Shown here one piece after another: positions 8,944 to 16,216 of a stretch of DNA of 21,360 bases. The notes beneath the pieces are model-generated. The model was not told the origin of the DNA and did no database searches. It worked only from the letters and a program-made list of their open reading frames with translations. The translations under genes were made by a program, and so were the position numbers. The stretch is from Candidatus Heimdallarchaeota archaeon (GTDB lineage Archaea; Asgardarchaeota; Heimdallarchaeia; JABLTI01), in NCBI GenBank assembly GCA_019058275.1, contig JAHLVW010000011.1:1-21360 (forward strand), read 5' to 3'. The number at the start of each line of letters is the position of its first letter. Position 1 is the stretch's first letter.

Positions 8944-11136
8944 TTATAGAAACCAAGGTTTTTCTACCCATTTTTCTAATGGAGCTGATTCTAGATTAGA
9001 TAATACCAAGCATTTCTCTGCATATTTTAATGTACATGGAAATTTCGATTTTGATTTTGTATAACCCAAATGCATTCGAGATAAAAGAAATGTTGTTTCT
9101 ATATCTTCATGCTCTAGATTAGCATTTACTTTCGTTATCTTTATTGGTTCTGGCATCCTATCCTCAATCATTTCTGATGTAGTAACAAGAATAGCTTTTT
9201 TTCCTGACTCTAGAAATAAATATGTTCCATCATCGGGTTTCTTATTTTCTTTTTGAGAATATATTCTTTCATAATAACTTCGTGTTATAACAAAAACATC
9301 ATTAAACGAATTACAAAACTCATGTTCGAAAGGATACAAAATACCTCTTTTGTGCAGAATGATTTTTTCATTTCTTATTATTGGTCTAATATTACTATTA
9401 TAATTAATTTTCAATTTAGTAATATAATCACTTTTATCTTCAGGATTAAATTTGCCAGTAAAACTACCTCTAAATGATCCTTTAGGTGAAATTAAAATCA
9501 TACTGTAAGTTCCATTCCAGAAATTAGATTGTAATCCTAAAAACCAAGAGTTTAAATCTTTATTTAAAACCCATGCAATTCCTCCAGCTTTTGAATAAAT
9601 ACCAAGTGAAGTTTCATTAATATGATTGCTAAAAGGTATATCTTGATTAACATTTAATCCCTGAACATTGATATTGAGCTTATGGCATTCTCTCTTAATC
9701 TCTCTTAACCACTTATAGTCATCTTCATCATCCATTATTGCTAAAACTATATTCGTTTCTAGTTCTCTTATATCTTTTAGTTTATCAAAGTAATAATAAT
9801 CAGTTTTGACATTAAAATTTTGAATCAATCGATTCTTAATGGAATTAACATATCTTGCTGGATTTTTCGATAAATGTCTTCTACTTTTAATAATTCCTAG
9901 ATTTATATTTGATAACTGGTTATCAAAATCTGAAATTGTGAATCTATTTTTTAAAATGAATTTAAACGGATCTAGCACCTCACTTAGTTTATTATCTATT
10001 TTTATTGTATATTTTGGTTGTTTAATTTTAATTAGTGGTTTTTTAAGAAAAGTCTTTTCAGTGAAAAATCTCATTCCACTGGGCGAAGCAACTAGATTTT
10101 TAAGATTTTCAATACTGTCTTTGTATCTTTTTTTAGGAGTGGCATGCAATATATTTGTAATCTTCTTTCGATCTTCATATTCCCTTATTATTTTCCTATC
10201 TATTTTTATTTGACGTCTAAGTCTTTCGGGTACAAATGTGTAAGTTCCACCTCCTCTTTTGGTTTCAATTAAAGGGGTTTCATTCTTTATTTTTGGTTCT
10301 TGATCTTCTGCTTTTAATTTATTAAAAAAAAGACAATCCTTAAAACTATAATCATAATAATTATGGATTATTCCTTTTCGATCAGTAAAAGTTGCATCTT
10401 TAGGTTTTTCCATTATGAATTTTTCAAACTTATAACCACTTCTTTTGAAATTAATTGGAGACAAAGTACATTCTCCATTTTTTAGAAATAGACATTCATA
10501 TTTGGAACATGTTTGAAATAAATATTCATTCTTGAGATTTCTTTCAAGTGTTTCTAAATCTTCTAACCCGTATTCATTAATTTCATCTCGTAATGTAAAT
10601 TTAGAAAAAAACTTATGACGTGTATCTACAAAAACATAAGGTTCACCATCTCTTCCTTGGTAAACCTTAAACGTAAATCCTGGATAAAGTACTATTTTTT
10701 GAAAAATAATTGGTTTGTGTTGATATACTTCAATATCTACAACTTTTTCTAATTCTTGAGTACTAATAGCGGTTGGACTTCTTCTGCTTGGAATAATATA
10801 GAAATTGGAATTCCTAAGTGAATATTTTAAGCAATTAGTTATAAAATTGATTTTGTTTTCCTCATAATCATAAGGATCCTTTTCTTTTCTCAAGCTATTG
10901 CCTAGAATCTTCCTTATTTCGTCTTCTAAATTTTCAAAGTAATATAGAGTATGTATATGTGTTTGATTATTAATTATAATATCAATTTTGAATCTATCTG
11001 AAATTGTCTTTATTAAGTTTAATCCTTCAGAATAGTCCTTCTGACTAAAATCAAGGAAAAACTTTTTTATTGTTAATCTTTCTACACTAGCAAAATTTAT
11101 TCTGGATGAATTTAAGAATACCATTTCTTGACTCAT
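8944..11136 (-). CDS. ago: Long prokaryotic Argonaute (PIWI-domain protein), predicted catalytically inactive
   Basis: L1-like YPGFTFKV...VFVDTRHKF; PAZ-like NYYDY...PLI...YTFVPERL; MID EIKR...INVQGL...LGIYSKAGGIAWVL; PIWI RIY...PDDGTY, PEPIKI, LLSRMH, FPCTLKYAEK; C-terminal PWFL. Catalytic Asp positions are replaced (GLQ536S instead of GxD; HKR597G instead of HRDG). SD GGGGAG upstream; ATGA overlap with the preceding gene. Confidence 0.85.
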   Translation of the reverse strand: MSQEMVFLNSSRINFASVERLTIKKFFLDFSQKDYSEGLNLIKTISDRFKIDIIINNQTHIHTLYYFENLEDEIRKILGNSLRKEKDPYDYEENKINFITNCLKYSLRNSNFYIIPSRRSPTAISTQELEKVVDIEVYQHKPIIFQKIVLYPGFTFKVYQGRDGEPYVFVDTRHKFFSKFTLRDEINEYGLEDLETLERNLKNEYLFQTCSKYECLFLKNGECTLSPINFKRSGYKFEKFIMEKPKDATFTDRKGIIHNYYDYSFKDCLFFNKLKAEDQEPKIKNETPLIETKRGGGTYTFVPERLRRQIKIDRKIIREYEDRKKITNILHATPKKRYKDSIENLKNLVASPSGMRFFTEKTFLKKPLIKIKQPKYTIKIDNKLSEVLDPFKFILKNRFTISDFDNQLSNINLGIIKSRRHLSKNPARYVNSIKNRLIQNFNVKTDYYYFDKLKDIRELETNIVLAIMDDEDDYKWLREIKRECHKLNINVQGLNVNQDIPFSNHINETSLGIYSKAGGIAWVLNKDLNSWFLGLQSNFWNGTYSMILISPKGSFRGSFTGKFNPEDKSDYITKLKINYNSNIRPIIRNEKIILHKRGILYPFEHEFCNSFNDVFVITRSYYERIYSQKENKKPDDGTYLFLESGKKAILVTTSEMIEDRMPEPIKITKVNANLEHEDIETTFLLSRMHLGYTKSKSKFPCTLKYAEKCLVLSNLESAPLEKWVEKPWFL

Positions 11137-12071
11137 TCAAATTTCTCCCCTTTAATTTCAATGTAATTAACTGGTTTTTCATTATAGTATTCTTCTATAA
11201 TTTTATCTAGTTTTCCTATCATATCATTATCAATTAACCAGTTTTCAATATCAAACAATGAATTCAAAACATCATTATTAGAATTAACTATCAATAGAGA
11301 TTCTCTGATGTCAAAAATAACATTCAGGAAAATCAGCCCAAAAAGCTGCTTTGTTTTTTTCAATTTTCTTATTTGCTCTAATTTTCTATTCAATTCATCA
11401 AAATTTAGTTCTTTAACGAATTTTAAAGATATTATAATCTCTATTATAAGTACATCTGACTTTAATTCTATAATTAATTGTGTTTTGAATAAGTCTTCGA
11501 TATTTAAACTAACATAGTTTTTTATCATTCTTATACAACTAATCTCATCTTCATGCTTTGAGAGAATTGGACTTCTTTTGTAATTCTTCCTTATTAATAA
11601 TTTAATTAATTTTTTTTGTAAATTCACCAATTCTTTTGTTTTATTTTCAAATCTAATTTCTTTAGAGAAGAATAATCCTGGTTCTTTTAAATTTGAACTT
11701 TCATAATAGAAATCAGTAATATATTCTAAAAATAATTCTCCAACTGAAGTAATAATATATTTCTTGATTTTTTTAGAACTATCTTTTTCAGATATTACAA
11801 TCAGTTCTTGGTTCAGTAATTCTCTCAAGTGATAATTCAGCATATTAGCATTAATGCTTTTTAGTTTTGATGTAAAATCCGTTTTATTAATATGATCTAA
11901 TTGAACTTTTCTTTCTATTATCTTAGCCAAATCTTTCGGAGATAAACCTTCATTTTTGCTATTCTTCAAGCTTTTTAAAATTTCAAATCTCCATATAGTG
12001 GATTCGCCACCCAAACTTGAGAATAGTTTTGATATTCTTTGATACATTTTACTACTCAATTCTATTTTCAC
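11133..12071 (-). CDS. Winged helix-turn-helix (ArsR-like) DNA-binding protein with uncharacterised C-terminal domain
   Basis: LFSSLGG...WRFEILKSL...GLSPKDLAK...NMLNYHLRELLNQELI...KKYIITSVGE is an ArsR-type wHTH pattern with an insertion between the helices. The annotated GTG is part of a GGTGA SD-like motif, so the true start may be TTG 12059 or ATG 12047. Confidence 0.75.
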   Translation of the reverse strand: MKIELSSKMYQRISKLFSSLGGESTIWRFEILKSLKNSKNEGLSPKDLAKIIERKVQLDHINKTDFTSKLKSINANMLNYHLRELLNQELIVISEKDSSKKIKKYIITSVGELFLEYITDFYYESSNLKEPGLFFSKEIRFENKTKELVNLQKKLIKLLIRKNYKRSPILSKHEDEISCIRMIKNYVSLNIEDLFKTQLIIELKSDVLIIEIIISLKFVKELNFDELNRKLEQIRKLKKTKQLFGLIFLNVIFDIRESLLIVNSNNDVLNSLFDIENWLIDNDMIGKLDKIIEEYYNEKPVNYIEIKGEKFE

Positions 12072-12202
12072 CTTAAAACTTTATACACAAAATATTTTAT
12101 TGAAAAACTAGAAAATAAATCTTTCGTGAAAATTTTTTCACATAATGCATTTTAATAAAAAGTGATATTGTTATCATAAATAAAGGAGTTGATTGAGTAA
12201 AA
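12072..12202. promoter_or_regulatory. Divergent promoter region with two candidate palindromic operators
   Basis: Perfect inverted repeat GTGAAAA-tt-TTTTCAC at 12126-12141 and TGATA-N4-TATCA at 12163-12176. BRE/TATA-like GAAAGA-TTTATTTT on the minus strand (12125-12112), TTTAATA on the plus strand (12151-12157) and SD AAGGAG at 12183-12188. Confidence 0.6.
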
Positions 12203-14482
12203 ATGTATTCAAATCTCTTCATATCAAAAAGTGAACCATTGAAAGAGCTTGTTGTCGACTACTATCATTTAGTAGGTGAGATTTCTCCAAATGATTTTTA
12301 CCGAATTATAAAAGGAGCAGAGAAGCATCTCTATAATCTTGGATTTTGTGTTTCAACTTTTAAAGATAAATTAGTCTTTTTAGATGAAATGACAAAACGA
12401 CCACCACCAGAATTTAGTATTGGTAGCTATAAATTCAAGTTAGCTAAAGATAAAATGAAACTCACTTCTGACAAACATGCATACCTTTTTTCAAATCTAG
12501 TTTTTTGTTCGCTAAAATTTAGAGCATATAAGAACGGTTATATTGGACCAGAAAGTCAGAAATTCTTTAGAAAACGACCTTTCAAGGTAGATTACTTAGC
12601 ATATCATGATGCTTTTGAATATGATGTAGTGGTTTTTAATGATGGTAGAGTTGGAATTTGGCTTGATCCGACAACTAGATGGAAACAAAGTGTCCAGAAT
12701 TTCCTTACTTGGTCTAAAAAACAGGAATTATCCCAGGATGAAATAAAGGAAGCGCTAATAGGTAAGATTGTAAAATGCCCAAGTCCTGGAAAGAAAGATT
12801 ATAGAGCCAAAATAGTTGATGTTTGTTATAAATCTATAAGTGAGTACAATATAAAAGCTAATGGCATAGAAACAACTGTATATGATTATTGGATATCAGT
12901 TAGCCCTAAACATAAGAATTGGTTAGATAAGAAATCAATACAATTGGATCCTAATGAAAAACCAGTTATAACAGTACAAATGATAGGTTTAGATTTTAGA
13001 CCTTCATTCCCTTCATCATTACTTAATCTCGTAATAGACATAAATGATCCACTTATTCCAAGAACTGCTTTATCTCAAAAGAAAATCTTGAAACCAAGAA
13101 TCCGTATTAATGAAACAAAAAAATTATTTGATTTAATTATCAAAGATGGTTTATTACTAGGAAAGTATAAACTTGATTTTAATCATGAGCTAATTGACTG
13201 GACAAAAAAGGGCAAAGAATATGCTAGAGTAAAACCGTTACCTTCACCTGATATTCAATTTGGAAACGAACAGATTATTAAATCTGATAGCCCATTTCAA
13301 GAGATTGATAGAAAAATTGCTTCTGCATTAAGAGAATATGGACCAGTTTCTCAAATCGAGAAATTATGTATAAATTACATTGTACCTAGTGATATTCAAG
13401 ATAAAATTGAGTCTTTTCATGAGACACTTAACAATGTTAGTAAGGAGTTTAAGCTTGCAGATTTAACACTTGGTGAAGTTAAAGCTATTGATAGACTTCA
13501 TCCTGATAGATATTTGCGAGAATCTAAACAACTAATGAACTCAAATGATCTTACTGTTGTTATACTTCCAGAAACTCAAACGACAAAAGCTTACATTTCA
13601 GCTAAGAGAGGTTTAGGTGAAAAACTAATTAGCAGTCAAATGCTGGAGTTTTCTACATTCAGCAAAATTGTAAGCAATCCTCAAAGTATGAGTTATACTT
13701 TATCAAATATAGTGGCTCAGATATACGATAAATCATTAGATCCTGGTGAATCAATTTGGCATCTTGCTAAACCAGCAGGTAGATTGGATCCAAAGAAAGT
13801 TATCTATTTTATGGGGTTTGATGTTTCAAGAGCTCCAGAAAAACGAAAAGAAGCTGCTGCTTATGCAGCAGTATGTGATCCATATGGTAGAATGCTATAC
13901 AGAAAAGCAATTGATACACACAAAGGTGAAAAAATACAAGCTAAAGTGTTAAGTGATTGGTTTTTTGATGTTGCTAGTTCAACATTTGATGAATCAAAAG
14001 AAACAAAGAAAATTGACTGTTTAATATTGTTCAAAGATGGCCCAATACAAAGTAATCAAGTTATTGATTATAAAAATGGTGCATTAGATGCAAAGAATAG
14101 ACTTGTAAAAGAAGGAATTATGGAAGAAAATTGTGATATAAAAGTTGTTTCTGTTATTAAGAAAGGTCCACATAGAATTTATGGTAAGGAAAGATTTGAC
14201 TATAGTACACAAAACACCTCAGTAATTTGGAATGAAAAAAAAGCCTTAATTGTAACAGCTAAAGCACATCAAGGTACATCTGCAGCAATTAGGATTAATT
14301 TAGATTTTCAAATAAATGAAGATATGATAATCGACCAAGTTATACAAATCTTCAATGATCTTAGATATCTTGATTGGAGTTCGCTTTATAAACAACCAAA
14401 GACCATTCTTCCATTGCACATAGTACAGAACTTAGCGAAGCTAAGTGCACATGATATTAATGTGCCATATATACCTAGGTAG
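12203..14482 (+). CDS. ago: Long prokaryotic Argonaute (N-L1-PAZ-L2-MID-PIWI) with near-intact catalytic tetrad
   Basis: L1 AFEYDV...IWLDPTTR; full PAZ (TVYDYW...IQL..NEKPVITV...FPSSLL); MID 5'-phosphate pocket Y464-K468-Q479-K510; PIWI GFD540VS, GE576K, FKD612G, KKGPHRI, LPLHIVQ742NLAK. Confidence 0.92.
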   Translation: MYSNLFISKSEPLKELVVDYYHLVGEISPNDFYRIIKGAEKHLYNLGFCVSTFKDKLVFLDEMTKRPPPEFSIGSYKFKLAKDKMKLTSDKHAYLFSNLVFCSLKFRAYKNGYIGPESQKFFRKRPFKVDYLAYHDAFEYDVVVFNDGRVGIWLDPTTRWKQSVQNFLTWSKKQELSQDEIKEALIGKIVKCPSPGKKDYRAKIVDVCYKSISEYNIKANGIETTVYDYWISVSPKHKNWLDKKSIQLDPNEKPVITVQMIGLDFRPSFPSSLLNLVIDINDPLIPRTALSQKKILKPRIRINETKKLFDLIIKDGLLLGKYKLDFNHELIDWTKKGKEYARVKPLPSPDIQFGNEQIIKSDSPFQEIDRKIASALREYGPVSQIEKLCINYIVPSDIQDKIESFHETLNNVSKEFKLADLTLGEVKAIDRLHPDRYLRESKQLMNSNDLTVVILPETQTTKAYISAKRGLGEKLISSQMLEFSTFSKIVSNPQSMSYTLSNIVAQIYDKSLDPGESIWHLAKPAGRLDPKKVIYFMGFDVSRAPEKRKEAAAYAAVCDPYGRMLYRKAIDTHKGEKIQAKVLSDWFFDVASSTFDESKETKKIDCLILFKDGPIQSNQVIDYKNGALDAKNRLVKEGIMEENCDIKVVSVIKKGPHRIYGKERFDYSTQNTSVIWNEKKALIVTAKAHQGTSAAIRINLDFQINEDMIIDQVIQIFNDLRYLDWSSLYKQPKTILPLHIVQNLAKLSAHDINVPYIPR

Positions 14483-14494
14483 GAGGAAAAGGAA

Positions 14495-15325
14495 ATGACT
14501 GAAATTGGACTATATATAATGATTTCAATAATTGGTGCTATTGTTATTGGATGGATAATCTATCAATTGGTTCAGCAAAGAAGAACAGAACCAGATGTTA
14601 ACTTTAGTCAACAACTTATGAATACCACCAATTTGATGCGGGATGAAATAAGGAAATTTCTAGATTATCTTCAAATGAAACCTGCTTCTCAAGGGAAGTT
14701 TGGTGAGAATATAGCTGATATCTTGTTATCAAATCTAACAGGAGATTTAATTGAAAAACAATATCAGACTGCAGATATTTCTGGAATAATAGACTTTGTT
14801 GTTAGACTTCCTGATAGTGATTTATTACTACCAATAGATAGTAAGTTTATTTTACCAAAAGAATTCGAAAACTTAGAAACAATAGAACTTGATAAAGATA
14901 CTATAAAGCAATTGAATAAAAAGACACAAGACAGAGCAAAAGAAATTAAAAAATATATTGAATCTAATGAAACTACAGACTTCGTATTGATGTTCATTCC
15001 TGATTTTGTTTTTGCTGTCTTAAATCGTCAGACACTCATTAAATTGTCTGAAATGAAGGTTGTTCCAGCTAATTCTAGTGGTTTACTAAGCACAATTTTC
15101 ATGATTAATATGCAACACCGGTTTACACAGTTGAATAGCTCTGCCTGTAAGTTTACTGATGTGCAGATGAAAGCATGTTTCAATATCACAGAAGCTATGA
15201 ATAAAATGCGAAAGGGTCAAAAACAATTCAGAGCAGGTGTGAAGAATTTTACTGATGCTTATAATATTCTTGACTATGTTAATGTTATGATTAATACACT
15301 AGAAGTTGAGGAGGAGGAAAAATAA
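14495..15325 (+). CDS. rmuC: RmuC-family PD-(D/E)xK nuclease-fold protein with N-terminal transmembrane helix
   Basis: Hydrophobic N-terminus IGLYIMISIIGAIVIGWIIY; RmuC motifs QGKFGE, IDFVVRLP...LPIDSKF and TTDFVLMFIP. SD AGGAGG at 14481-14486; starts 12 nt after the Argonaute stop. Confidence 0.82.
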   Translation: MTEIGLYIMISIIGAIVIGWIIYQLVQQRRTEPDVNFSQQLMNTTNLMRDEIRKFLDYLQMKPASQGKFGENIADILLSNLTGDLIEKQYQTADISGIIDFVVRLPDSDLLLPIDSKFILPKEFENLETIELDKDTIKQLNKKTQDRAKEIKKYIESNETTDFVLMFIPDFVFAVLNRQTLIKLSEMKVVPANSSGLLSTIFMINMQHRFTQLNSSACKFTDVQMKACFNITEAMNKMRKGQKQFRAGVKNFTDAYNILDYVNVMINTLEVEEEEK

Positions 15326-15870
15326 TGGGAATAATTTACTTAGATATTGAAACAACTGGATTGAACTATAATAATGATCAAATAGTAACGATACAATTGC
15401 AAGAAGATAATCAATCGTTGATAATTTTCAAATCATGGGAAAGTAATGAAAAAACTATTTTAAGGAAATTCTTAATGCGTCTTTCTGGGATACAACGCAA
15501 AGGTTTCACAATTTGTGTTGGTTTTAATATTTTAAAATTTGATATTCCTTTCTTGATATCAAGATGTAATTACCATAAGCTATTAACACCAAATGATTTG
15601 ATTGAAATCTTTTATCGGAATCTTGCCCATTGTGATTTACTACAGATTTTATTACCACATCATGATTGGAAGTATAAGGGTTTAACTTGGGATTATGTTT
15701 TACGATTATATGGTTATCAATCAAAGAAAGGTCATGGAAATCAAATTCCAATATGGTTTAAAGAAGGTAAATATGATAAAATAATTGAATATATAGAAAG
15801 TGAATTTCCACCAATGGTGGATATTTATTGGAAATTAAGAAAGAGTGATTTTCGAATAGTAACAACTTAA
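15325..15870 (+). CDS. DEDD-superfamily 3'-5' exonuclease (RNase H-like / PolB proofreading-like)
   Basis: ExoI IYLDIETTG, ExoII GFNILKFDIPFL, ExoIII-like YIESE. TAATG stop/start overlap with rmuC; SD GGAGGAGG. Confidence 0.85.
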   Translation: MGIIYLDIETTGLNYNNDQIVTIQLQEDNQSLIIFKSWESNEKTILRKFLMRLSGIQRKGFTICVGFNILKFDIPFLISRCNYHKLLTPNDLIEIFYRNLAHCDLLQILLPHHDWKYKGLTWDYVLRLYGYQSKKGHGNQIPIWFKEGKYDKIIEYIESEFPPMVDIYWKLRKSDFRIVTT

Positions 15871-15883
15871 AGGAGGTGAATTA

Positions 15884-16111
15884 TTGACAAAAAAAACTTA
15901 CAAGGATAGGAAAGGTTATATTCGCTTTAAGGATTCAGGAAAACGAGTTCATAGATGGGTTGTTGAAAAGCGCATTGGCAGAAAATTGAAATCTCATGAG
16001 GAAGTACATCATCGTAATCGAAATCGTTCTGATAATCGCTCAAGTAATCTATGGGGTTTTCTAGGAAAAACAGGTCGTAAAAAGCATCGCGAATTACATC
16101 GGAAAAGGTAA
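15884..16111 (+). CDS. Small basic HNH endonuclease-motif protein (HNH_3-like)
   Basis: VHRWVVEKRIGRKL...EVHHRNRNRSDNRSSNL...H...H is the HNH beta-beta-alpha pattern. The TTG start is preceded by a strong SD, GGAGGTGA, at 15872-15879. Confidence 0.8.
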   Translation: MTKKTYKDRKGYIRFKDSGKRVHRWVVEKRIGRKLKSHEEVHHRNRNRSDNRSSNLWGFLGKTGRKKHRELHRKR

Positions 16112-16165
16112 ATTATTTTTGTATTTAACTTATCTTCTATCATATATTTTTCATGTCATTTTAAT
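16112..16165 (+). terminator. Possible archaeal-type T-rich terminator after the rightward Argonaute operon
   Basis: Several oligo-T tracts (TTTTT, TTTTT, TTTT) directly follow the HNH stop. This is weak evidence in AT-rich DNA. Confidence 0.25.
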
Positions 16166-16216
16166 ACTGAAGAATAGTTATAGAAAAAATATTTGAATTA
16201 CTAATACTACTTTAAT

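Noticed and set aside
9253-11517. Short + strand ORFs 9253-9477, 9839-10213, 11308-11517
   Set aside because: They are antisense to the Argonaute and wHTH genes. Their F/L/I/S-rich composition is what the reverse complement of Lys/Glu/Asn-rich coding DNA produces.
8944-14482. The two Argonautes as a recent inverted duplication
   Set aside because: They share only family-level motifs and no extended identical stretches are visible, so any duplication must be ancient.
13746-15751. Short ORFs 13746-13952(+), 14764-14997(-), 15524-15751(-)
   Set aside because: They are nested within well-supported genes and have no recognisable motifs.
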